Origin: a virus
Strand: one strand, 5' to 3'
Virus record (IMG/VR): IMGVR_UViG_3300044612_001159
Coordinates: 51,666 to 115,665 of that record
DNA: 64,000 nt
Part shown: one piece after another, positions 7,713-15,634 of the stretch
Layout of the letters: each line of letters opens with the position of its first letter
How positions within the stretch are numbered: position 1 is the first letter of the stretch
Position numbers and translations under genes: made by a program
Notes under the pieces: model-generated
What the model was told of the DNA's origin: nothing
The model's input: the letters and a program-made list of their open reading frames with translations, nothing else
The model's database searches: none

Positions 7713-8045
7713 TCACTTTTTGTTAAAAAGAAGTTTGATCAACTGTTTTAGGGCTGACCTTTCATTTGCATCCAATTTTTTTACCTGCTCTGGATCAAGA
7801 GATTTTTTATTAAGACTAACAATGGGGTTGGCATCTGTCACATCCATATCAATAAAACCTTTTTCCCACAACCTCATTGACATTTCTGAAAAATATTTTC
7901 CCAATGCTACATCAAGTTTTGGATCTATGTCTTTCAACATTTCTGTTTTAACATACATGTTTTCCCCTGTTTCTGGATCCTTGCCAGCAAACCTTAGACC
8001 ACCAGTTAAAACTAACTTATTGAATATTTCATTCGATTCGTTCAT
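7713..8045 (-). CDS. Hypothetical protein
   Basis: Coupled ORF. Confidence 0.7.
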   Translation of the reverse strand: MNESNEIFNKLVLTGGLRFAGKDPETGENMYVKTEMLKDIDPKLDVALGKYFSEMSMRLWEKGFIDMDVTDANPIVSLNKKSLDPEQVKKLDANERSALKQLIKLLFNKK

Positions 8046-8449
8046 TTTCCAGATTTCTTTCTAGCCTTTGCCAAAGCATCAAAATCTTTTACCTTAGTAT
8101 CTCCAAGGTAGCCCCATGCATAACCATTATTAATCATGTGATCGTTTACAGAAACGGTGTCTTCGTCTACATAAAGCCAGCCAAGAATTCGACCATACTT
8201 TTCAGAAGAGTCCATCTTCTCTGTCTTAATTACTACAGACTTTGCATCCTTCAAAAACTTCTTTAGGTACTCTTTGGACTCTAGGCCCAAAGCCTTTTCC
8301 TTAAGGTCTTTTGTACGAGATTCTGGGGTATCAATGCCAGCCAGCCTTACACGAGATGCAAACAAAATATCAAACCCTAAATCAATTAGAACGTCAATGG
8401 TATCCCCATCTACTACGTTCTCTACTTTTCTTACATAGTATGTATACAT
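8042..8449 (-). CDS. Thermonuclease (SNase-like)
   Basis: VVDGDTID, RVRLAGIDTPE, KYGRILG. Confidence 0.92.
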   Translation of the reverse strand: MYTYYVRKVENVVDGDTIDVLIDLGFDILFASRVRLAGIDTPESRTKDLKEKALGLESKEYLKKFLKDAKSVVIKTEKMDSSEKYGRILGWLYVDEDTVSVNDHMINNGYAWGYLGDTKVKDFDALAKARKKSGK

Positions 8450-8700
8450 TAGTAATCTTGCCCCTTTGCTTTATTTTCAATCAGTTTATTTCTTTCATCA
8501 AGAATGGTAATTGCAAACTTCATCATTTTGTCGTAACCAACAGCATTGTCCATAACCTTGTTATAGTGATGACCACAAAACAACAAGTCTCCGTTTAAGC
8601 CAGTTACTCTCACTAGGGCCTCAGCACCACATCTATCACACCTGTCAATTGGGGATAGTTGCCACTCTGCCTTAGCCTCATCTTTAACCATTGTAAACAT
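8449..8700 (-). CDS. Actinobacterial-type small Zn-binding protein
   Basis: DRCDRCGA...LLFCGHH; probable start ATG 8700. Confidence 0.75.
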   Translation of the reverse strand: MFTMVKDEAKAEWQLSPIDRCDRCGAEALVRVTGLNGDLLFCGHHYNKVMDNAVGYDKMMKFAITILDERNKLIENKAKGQDY

Positions 8701-8701
8701 A

Positions 8702-8887
8702 TTATACCTTCCGATTGTCAGTAGAATAAAATCCACTACCGTTGAATACTGCTCCTACATTAGAGTATACACGAATTAGATCTGAATTGCAAGCATCACA
8801 TTTATACCCTGGATCGTTTTCGGACATAGACCTAATCTTTGTATATCTTATTGCACAAGACATACAGTCATATTCATATGATGGCAT
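8702..8887 (-). CDS. FmdB family zinc-ribbon protein
   Basis: MPSYEYDC..C...C..C...FNGSGFYSTD. Confidence 0.88.
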   Translation of the reverse strand: MPSYEYDCMSCAIRYTKIRSMSENDPGYKCDACNSDLIRVYSNVGAVFNGSGFYSTDNRKV

Positions 8888-8997
8888 TATTTCTTTTTCG
8901 TTTTAGCCTTTACTTGCCAAACAGGAAGTTTAAGTTCGTCGCCAGACCATTCATAACCTAATGCTTTTACTACGAACTTGATAATTTTAATACGCAT
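8887..8997 (-). CDS. Small hypothetical protein (36 aa)
   Basis: Read by hand: MRIKIIKFVVKALGYEWSGDELKLPVW...; TAATG-coupled on both sides. Confidence 0.65.
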   Translation of the reverse strand: MRIKIIKFVVKALGYEWSGDELKLPVWQVKAKTKKK

Positions 8998-9215
8998 TAT
9001 TTAACCTTTCTGCCAAACTTGGCCCATACTCTTTCATGCAAATAAAAGAATGTCATTTCTAGTGCTAGATATGATAGCCCATAAAGACCAACATATTCCC
9101 ACTCTGCTTCTCCAGTATAATATTTAAGTACAAAATAAATTATTCCAGAAACAAAAGTAAAATGTACAAACGGCCAACTAATAGTCTTCAACAAAGACTT
9201 CTTTTTTGATTCCAT
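8997..9215 (-). CDS. DUF2061-like small membrane protein
   Basis: KSLLKTISW...FYLHERVW. Confidence 0.75.
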   Translation of the reverse strand: MESKKKSLLKTISWPFVHFTFVSGIIYFVLKYYTGEAEWEYVGLYGLSYLALEMTFFYLHERVWAKFGRKVK

Positions 9216-9856
9216 TATAGCGCTACCTGTGCCTTTCCTCCACCGCCACCAGCAACCTTCTTCTTCTTTTTCTTTGCAGCAGGCTCTGCAGATGTTGCAG
9301 TATCAGATGAACCAACCTTACTCAATAGCGGAAGGCTTTCTTCTCCAGCGTATACTGGTCTTCCCCATCCAACAACAGCATTAACCAACTTCTTCTTGTT
9401 GTTCTTAACATATGCACGAGTTTTCTCTACACACATTCCACCATTGCGCTGGTCTCCCTTTGCAGTTCCAGAGGTATTGCCTTCGATGACTTGAATAGTT
9501 CCATCACCATTATTCTTAATACAAAGACCAACATGCGAAATACGATTTACGCCATCTTCTGGGAAATCAAAATAAATCCAATCACCTGGAGTTGGATCGT
9601 CGTTTCTGGCATCTGCCCAACGATCATTCTTCTTAAACCAATCAGACGCTGCAACAGTTGCTGCGGTCTTTGGATATTTCTTTGGATCTAGCCCTGCAGT
9701 AAATGCACACCAAGAAACAAATGATTGACACCATGGCAAAAAGTTTGCACCTGTCCACTTACCATACTTTGTCTCATTATCTTTTGGACCCTCAATAGTT
9801 CCGAGTTCCTTTTTTGCAACCTCAATGATTGCTTCTAAACTACCTTTAACTGCCAT
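9215..9856 (-). CDS. Endolysin, CHAP domain peptidoglycan hydrolase
   Basis: PWCQSFVSW (Cys), SHVG (His), IEGNT; SD AGGAGG. Confidence 0.85.
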   Translation of the reverse strand: MAVKGSLEAIIEVAKKELGTIEGPKDNETKYGKWTGANFLPWCQSFVSWCAFTAGLDPKKYPKTAATVAASDWFKKNDRWADARNDDPTPGDWIYFDFPEDGVNRISHVGLCIKNNGDGTIQVIEGNTSGTAKGDQRNGGMCVEKTRAYVKNNKKKLVNAVVGWGRPVYAGEESLPLLSKVGSSDTATSAEPAAKKKKKKVAGGGGGKAQVAL

Positions 9857-9897
9857 AATATTCCTCCTTGTTGATATGACAATATAATTATATCACG

Positions 9898-9970
9898 CTG
9901 CCCCACCTGGTCTCGATCCAGGGACATCCGAATTAACAGTTCGGCACTCTACCATCTGAGTTATAGGGCA
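9898..9970 (-). tRNA. tRNA-Asn (GUU)
   Basis: TGCCCTA/TGGGGCA acceptor, CCGAA-CTGTTAA-TTCGG anticodon arm, G73; atypical T-loop ATCGAGA. Confidence 0.9.
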
Positions 9971-9973
9971 ATG

Positions 9974-10001
9974 TGGGCAGTTTTTAGTCATACCCAGGAC
10001 T
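9974..10001 (-). ncRNA. 28-nt H-type pseudoknot motif, copy 2
   Basis: AGUC-C-UGGGUA-U-GACU-AAAAAC-UGCCCA. Confidence 0.65.
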
Positions 10002-10006
10002 ATTAA

Positions 10007-10879
10007 TTAATTACGAATATATGATGTATTGCCAATTAAAATCTTTGACAAAGATGAAAAATACTCTGTAAAAGTTTTAAATGTATTACGGCTTACATAT
10101 GAGGCAGCAGACACTGCAGTTGCTACTGAACTTCCAGCAGTTGATGTTGGAGATCCATTATATTTAGTAATTTTAACCGAACCAGGAGCAACCATATCAA
10201 GACCAGGGCCTGTATTTGTTGCTGCCTCTAGTTGAGTTGCGCTACCAAGTGCACCAACACCTGTCACTCCACTAACGCATGACGGAAACCCAACAACGTC
10301 TCGTCGTCGGTCATTTCCTACCGCAACAAATACTGGAACATTGCTTGCGGTTAAAGATGACACAGCATTGATGGTAACTGTATCGTTTGTACATAGTGCA
10401 AGGTTTCCTGCACTTACTGAAGACTGGCTAACTGAAAGAGCATCAATACTGTACTTAGCAGCATTCTTTGATACCCAGTCAAATGCTAATGCCAAGGCTC
10501 TTGCATCTCCCCTTGAATTTCCAAGTGATGTAACATCATTAAATCTAATAAAAACAATCTTTAGATTTGGATTAACAGTTAGGGCAGACTTTACCATTGC
10601 ATCGCCGTGGTATGTAGCATTGTTGATTGATGCTGGCCATGGGGCAGACGCTGCACCCTTGCCCTCCATAAACAACTCTCCATTAGGGCAAGACATGTTT
10701 TGAGAAGCAATCTTTGACTTTACAGTTGTAAAGCAAACCTCATGAATAATTTGAGGGAAGTTATTAGAATTGATAGCAGTATCAATAATTGCCAAAACTC
10801 TTTCATCGTTTGCTTGTACTGGCTGTACTGTGCTAATTACGAATAGTGCTGATAGTATTGCTAGTAGTGCCTTTTTCAT
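10007..10879 (-). CDS. Secreted subtilisin-like (S8) serine protease
   Basis: Signal peptide; AIIDT (Asp), YHG (His), AVGND (oxyanion Asn), LDMVAPG, AGSSVATA (Ser). Confidence 0.8.
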   Translation of the reverse strand: MKKALLAILSALFVISTVQPVQANDERVLAIIDTAINSNNFPQIIHEVCFTTVKSKIASQNMSCPNGELFMEGKGAASAPWPASINNATYHGDAMVKSALTVNPNLKIVFIRFNDVTSLGNSRGDARALALAFDWVSKNAAKYSIDALSVSQSSVSAGNLALCTNDTVTINAVSSLTASNVPVFVAVGNDRRRDVVGFPSCVSGVTGVGALGSATQLEAATNTGPGLDMVAPGSVKITKYNGSPTSTAGSSVATAVSAASYVSRNTFKTFTEYFSSLSKILIGNTSYIRN

Positions 10880-10904
10880 TTTTCTCCTTGTTATTTTTAT
10901 TTGT

Positions 10905-11087
10905 TTATTCTTTTATTCTTACAACTAATTGGCATGGGTCGCCTCCTGCTTCCCACTCTTCTTGTTCTTCTTCACTCATGTAGGGATCTCCATCATGAGT
11001 GTTACAGAATGGCTCTGTTATCCATCCTCGCTCAATACCATTTGAAAGCCAGATACCGAACTCGTCTAGATCTTCATCTTCTATCAT
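10905..11087 (-). CDS. Small acidic hypothetical protein
   Basis: FCNTHDG..GDPC; leaderless promoter. Confidence 0.75.
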   Translation of the reverse strand: MIEDEDLDEFGIWLSNGIERGWITEPFCNTHDGDPYMSEEEQEEWEAGGDPCQLVVRIKE

Positions 11088-11093
11088 ATTATA

Positions 11094-11122
11094 AGTATAC
11101 CCAACAATACCTAGTTTGTCAA
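11094..11122 (-). promoter_or_regulatory. SigA-type promoter, leaderless
   Basis: TTGACA-17-TATACT, 6 nt before ATG 11087. Confidence 0.8.
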
Positions 11123-11641
11123 TTCGCCAATATAATTTAAATTAATAATACATCTAATCTTAGAGTCTGTTTGTGATACTCCAGAATGCATTACATTTGA
11201 ATCAAACATAACAAGCCTATTTTCTACACTGTCTACTTTTGATCCGTCTTCAAAAATGGTATATCCATTATTACTATTTAAATAAAATATTGCTGTTGTA
11301 TTATTAAACTCAGTATCTGAATGCATGCCACCAACTACTGGGACGCTTGTCCTTGTGCCAAGATTCACCTTTACTCTATATATGTATGAAGGATTTATTT
11401 TTTTTATTAACGGATCTAATACATTATAAAAATCTGATTTAATTTCATTTTTTAGACATAGTGTATTAAAAAATTGAAACTTATCTAGTCCATACTCTTC
11501 GTCTGAAGACACCACAATTGGACTATAAAACCAAGGGAAATTACCACCTAGAACGGTATTCTGAATAGTTTTAAAATCATTTTCATTTAAAAAGTTATCT
11601 AAAATTTTAATTTTTTCTCCTAAAACTTTAAGCAGTAACAA
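11111..11641 (-). CDS. 2OG-Fe(II) oxygenase-like protein
   Basis: HSD...TAIFYLN..NGYT.F...H..R..INLNY. Confidence 0.8.
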   Translation of the reverse strand: MLLLKVLGEKIKILDNFLNENDFKTIQNTVLGGNFPWFYSPIVVSSDEEYGLDKFQFFNTLCLKNEIKSDFYNVLDPLIKKINPSYIYRVKVNLGTRTSVPVVGGMHSDTEFNNTTAIFYLNSNNGYTIFEDGSKVDSVENRLVMFDSNVMHSGVSQTDSKIRCIINLNYIGELTN

Positions 11642-12152
11642 CGTCTACTGGACCCATGCAAGATGGGCTAAACTTAATTGCTGCACTTACAGCCTGAAGC
11701 ACTCTGTTTCTTGCATTTTTTTGCTTATCTGTTGCATATAAAACACCATACGCATATTCCGCCCCAGATCCCATTGCGATATATGGGGTAGAGTATTTAG
11801 ATAAAGACATGTCTACAGCACTGTGTTCATAAATCTCTCCACGAACTGCAATAATTAAACCAAGGTCTCCATCTTTTGTGGTATCAACCCAAAACTCATT
11901 ATAGAACTCTCTCAGTTCTTTAATGAATTTAGTCTGCATAAATTTATCTGTATCCTTAATATTGGGTGCGGTTGGCTTAAAATTGTAACGAATTCTTTCT
12001 CCGTCTAATGCCCCAGCATATCCAATAAGGTATGGACCTATCTTCCAAACCTTGGGTGCTTCAAGAGCAAGGATCGTTCCATCATCAGATGCACCACGAT
12101 CTCCTGCCATGTAAACTTTACCTTCGTGTTTTAATACAGCAATACAGGTCAT
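11628..12152 (-). CDS. Ntn-hydrolase, HslV/proteasome beta-like protease
   Basis: N-terminal Thr (M-TCIA), AGD, PK, AMGSG. Confidence 0.75.
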   Translation of the reverse strand: MTCIAVLKHEGKVYMAGDRGASDDGTILALEAPKVWKIGPYLIGYAGALDGERIRYNFKPTAPNIKDTDKFMQTKFIKELREFYNEFWVDTTKDGDLGLIIAVRGEIYEHSAVDMSLSKYSTPYIAMGSGAEYAYGVLYATDKQKNARNRVLQAVSAAIKFSPSCMGPVDVVTA

Positions 12153-12182
12153 GCGAAAAGCCCCTCCAGATAGGTATAGTTA

Positions 12183-12211
12183 AGTATACCATTCCCTGAA
12201 GGGGCCGTCAA
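12183..12211 (-). promoter_or_regulatory. SigA-type promoter
   Basis: TTGACG-17-TATACT with TG extension. Confidence 0.75.
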
Positions 12212-12227
12212 GTAGGCTCAATAATGA

Positions 12228-12512
12228 CTAATTAGCCTTTTTATCTACCGTTTTAAACGCTTCATTTATTTCTGATATTGTGAGTTTTCCATCGTCCAAA
12301 AAAGCCCTTGCAAGCCTTTCAACAACAGAAGCAACACCAAGCAAACCAGCAAGCATTACTGCCTGAATTGTGTCAATTCCAACTACTGCCCCAGCACCAA
12401 GTACCGATAGACCAGACGCTGCAAATACTGCCACAATTCTCATCAACACATTTGTTAATGCTTTCTGTGGATGCTCTTTCTTAGGAGCCTCTACTATTTT
12501 TTTAGTTGCCAT
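12228..12512 (-). CDS. Small membrane protein (holin-like)
   Basis: Two hydrophobic helices; C-terminal DDGKLTISE EF-hand-like segment. Confidence 0.7.
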   Translation of the reverse strand: MATKKIVEAPKKEHPQKALTNVLMRIVAVFAASGLSVLGAGAVVGIDTIQAVMLAGLLGVASVVERLARAFLDDGKLTISEINEAFKTVDKKAN

Positions 12513-12513
12513 G

Positions 12514-12720
12514 TTAGTCCTCCTTTCTAAGCGGTATTGATATTAACCAGACCACTGTTGTAATTAATACTGCAAGACCAACAATATCTCTTGCTGATCC
12601 TGTTAGGGTTAACCAAGCGATAAAGAATCCAAGGAGAGTAAATGCCTGAGCAATTATTTCTACACCAGCATCCTTAAGCCATGTAAAAAATCCCTTTACA
12701 ACCTTCTTAATTATTTTCAT
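12514..12720 (-). CDS. Small membrane protein
   Basis: Two TM helices; SD GGAGGT. Confidence 0.7.
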   Translation of the reverse strand: MKIIKKVVKGFFTWLKDAGVEIIAQAFTLLGFFIAWLTLTGSARDIVGLAVLITTVVWLISIPLRKED

Positions 12721-12721
12721 G

Positions 12722-14350
12722 TTACCTCCTCATTCCAATTACCGCAGATACTATGTTAGAAACAAGTACTACTGGGATAATTACTTCCTGTGCTTTTTCT
12801 CTCTGATCATCTGTCATATCCATACCTAACTCAGAGAAATTAGATAGGAGTTCTGTAACATCCACATTGAACACTGCTCCAAGTGGATCTGCTAAAAATG
12901 CTTCTGTTTGTACCTCAGTAATAGCATCTGCCAATGTATATGGCATTGGGGCATCTGCGTTTTCTTCTGCTCTACCCGCAAACTCTACAAATGCCACTGC
13001 TATTTCTGGATTGTCTTTAATTGCTTCTGCAATTATTGCTATTTCTTCTGCCTTAATTCCAAGATTTTCTGCTACTGCTTCTTCCTCTGTTGTGGATAAT
13101 TCAGTTAGCATGTTTGATAATTCGGCAGCCAACTTAGCATCGTTTTGTCCAATTAGTTTATTTAACTTATTAAGTTCATCTGCTGAAATTGGATTACTAT
13201 CGTCTGTGTCATTATTATCTGGTGCTGGCACTATAGGCTCTTCCTCAACAGGTTGCTCAGGTTCAGGCTCTTGACCTTGATCTGTTTCCTCTGGCTGAGA
13301 TGTTGGCTCTTCTGAAGGCTCTGGAGTTGGATCAGTCTCTTCGCTGCCACCATCTGTGGTATCAGGGCTTGGAGAAGGAGTAGGATCTTCTGGTTCAGTT
13401 TGCTCATCATCAGGGAACCTTGGATCCTCTGGAGTAATAATCTCTGGGTCAACTTCAACATCAGGTTCAGGTAAATCTGGATCTTCTGTAGAATCAGGAC
13501 TTGGCTCTGGATCTGGTGTAGGTTCTGGTTCATTAACTTCTTCGCCATTAATAGAAGCAATAAGATTATTAAGGTCTGATATTTCTCCAGCCAACTGTGC
13601 TGCCTCTGCCACCTGCTCTTGCTGCTCTTCAGGCGTTATAGGGGCTTCTGTGGGCGTTGGAGAGGGTTCTGGGGATGGCTGCTGGGTAGGGGTAGGAGAA
13701 GGCTCTGGAATCGGCTCTGCTTGCAATGTAGGGGCAGGAGAATTAGGGGAAACCTGTGTAGCGCCCCAAGCCTCAAGTGATACTATAGATCCATCATGAA
13801 GCCTTACGCCCGTTCTAAGATTTTGGTATTCAGGACCTTGATAACTATAGGACACCGCTAAACCGCCAGTATTAGTAATAGCCACTAATATATTTACTGT
13901 ACTTGCCTGTGCCCCATAGTTACCGAATGGGACCATATTGAGGTTCATTTGAAACCCACCTTCAGAATAATATATGTCCAAACCAGATGTTCCGCTTACT
14001 CCTGGGAACCAGTCCATTGAATACAAGGAGATAGATGGTGTAGATGGATAGGTATGAAATGTACCGTCAGGTTGTCCAAATGTAATTACTGAGTTAGTTG
14101 TAGCATAAATGTTTTCATACTGTACCCCGTCAAAAGTCACGGTAGTTGCAATTGGTATTTGATAAGATATGTCGTCACCTGAGCAAGTATCCATATGATG
14201 CACTGTAGGTTCGGCATCGCCTTCATATGCTGCTGCTATGGTTTGTGATTGTATAAAGTTTACACAGGCTGCGTTAGCATTTTCTGGAATCCATAGGTTA
14301 AAGCCAAGGGCCAGTAGTGACGCTGACAATATTCTTATTAATTTTTTAAT
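12722..14350 (-). CDS. Secreted, C-terminally anchored acidic protein with Pro/Glu-rich linker; probable ATT start
   Basis: Signal peptide IKKLIRILSASLLALG..ANA, beta-rich N-domain (IYATTNSVITFG), PEPSPTP repeats, C-terminal TM. Confidence 0.75.
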   Translation of the reverse strand: MKKLIRILSASLLALGFNLWIPENANAACVNFIQSQTIAAAYEGDAEPTVHHMDTCSGDDISYQIPIATTVTFDGVQYENIYATTNSVITFGQPDGTFHTYPSTPSISLYSMDWFPGVSGTSGLDIYYSEGGFQMNLNMVPFGNYGAQASTVNILVAITNTGGLAVSYSYQGPEYQNLRTGVRLHDGSIVSLEAWGATQVSPNSPAPTLQAEPIPEPSPTPTQQPSPEPSPTPTEAPITPEEQQEQVAEAAQLAGEISDLNNLIASINGEEVNEPEPTPDPEPSPDSTEDPDLPEPDVEVDPEIITPEDPRFPDDEQTEPEDPTPSPSPDTTDGGSEETDPTPEPSEEPTSQPEETDQGQEPEPEQPVEEEPIVPAPDNNDTDDSNPISADELNKLNKLIGQNDAKLAAELSNMLTELSTTEEEAVAENLGIKAEEIAIIAEAIKDNPEIAVAFVEFAGRAEENADAPMPYTLADAITEVQTEAFLADPLGAVFNVDVTELLSNFSELGMDMTDDQREKAQEVIIPVVLVSNIVSAVIGMRR

Positions 14351-14407
14351 CTCCTGACCTCCGAATTAGACAATGTCTAATAAGGTTATTATAACATTTA
14401 ATTTAGA

Positions 14408-14440
14408 ATAAAAGAAAAAGGGGCCAGTTTCCTGACCCCT
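14408..14440 (-). terminator. Intrinsic terminator
   Basis: AGGGGTCAG-GAAA-CTGGCCCCT followed by a T-tract. Confidence 0.85.
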
Positions 14441-14459
14441 AAATCTTTAAGTTTGTTAA

Positions 14460-15608
14460 TTACTTAACAAGTGCAACCTTTGCCTTTGGATTCTTTGCAT
14501 TCCATTGACGAGCCAACTTATTAAAAGCAGCCTTTAGATCAGCAATAGCCTTGGCATTATCTGCCTTGACCTTATCAAGTTCTGCCTTAGCAGCAGCCTG
14601 TGCATCAGCAAGAGCCTTATCTGCAGCAACCTTGGCGGTTACAGCATCAGCCTTTAACTTAGCAATTTCTGCAGCAGCAGTAATAGCAGCAGCATCTGCA
14701 GCAGCCTTAGCAGCAACTGCATCAGAAGCAGCCTTTGCTACAGCAGCAGCAAGTGCAGCATCTGCAGTTACCTTATCAGCAGCACGACCAGCACGTTCTG
14801 CAGCAAGTGCAGCATTAGCAGCAGCAAGAGCAGTTGCTAGATCAGATACTGTTACGATTGCAGTCTGAGAAGTTGTTGCCAACTTAATTGTTGGAACAGA
14901 GGTTGGTGCAACAATAGATGCTCCAACAGCAACAGTTCCAGCAGCAGCAGGAAGCGAAATCTCTGATGTGTAACGACCTGTTACAAGAGCATCAGCAGTT
15001 ACAGTTCCAGCAGTTGCGCCACCAAGAGTAGTAACAGTTACTGTATCAGCAACAGCGTTGCCGAAAATATCTGCTACATCAAGAGTTGCAGTTACCTTGC
15101 CAGAAATATTTCCTGAAGCAGGGATTGACATCTTAAGTTCATATGCAGGACCTGCAACACCCTTAAGATAAATTGTTGTGCTTGCACCAGTTACAGAAAC
15201 TGTAACCGCAGATGCAGCAGTAGTTGTTGTATATGCATATACAGTCGCTGTTGTTGAAGCAGGTGTGACTGTGATTGATGATGATCCAGCAGATGCATTA
15301 ACTGTTGAACCAATTGCAGAGACGAGGCGTGTTCCAGCACCAACTGCAGTAAATGTTACTGGTGTTCCAGCAACAACTGTAGCGGTGATAAGAAGTGCTT
15401 CGTTGTTTGTAACAGTTGAAGTATCTGCAACGCTTACGACGTTATCAGATGGAACCTTAACTGTAAATGGTGAGGCTGCAGTACCTGCGCCAGAAATTTC
15501 TGTTGTTACGTCCACAGAAACGGTATTGGCACTTGCAGGTGTCATTACTAGTGTGCTCATAGTCATGGCTGCAACCACGGCAAGAGCGATCTTCTTAAAT
15601 GAATTCAT
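14460..15608 (-). CDS. Secreted Ala/Thr/Val-rich surface protein with Ig-like beta domains and Ala-rich coiled coil
   Basis: Signal peptide MNSFKKIALAVVAA..ASA; SD AGGAG before ATG 15608. Confidence 0.75.
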   Translation of the reverse strand: MNSFKKIALAVVAAMTMSTLVMTPASANTVSVDVTTEISGAGTAASPFTVKVPSDNVVSVADTSTVTNNEALLITATVVAGTPVTFTAVGAGTRLVSAIGSTVNASAGSSSITVTPASTTATVYAYTTTTAASAVTVSVTGASTTIYLKGVAGPAYELKMSIPASGNISGKVTATLDVADIFGNAVADTVTVTTLGGATAGTVTADALVTGRYTSEISLPAAAGTVAVGASIVAPTSVPTIKLATTSQTAIVTVSDLATALAAANAALAAERAGRAADKVTADAALAAAVAKAASDAVAAKAAADAAAITAAAEIAKLKADAVTAKVAADKALADAQAAAKAELDKVKADNAKAIADLKAAFNKLARQWNAKNPKAKVALVK

Positions 15609-15634
15609 TTTTCTCCTTTTATTATTCATTTGGT

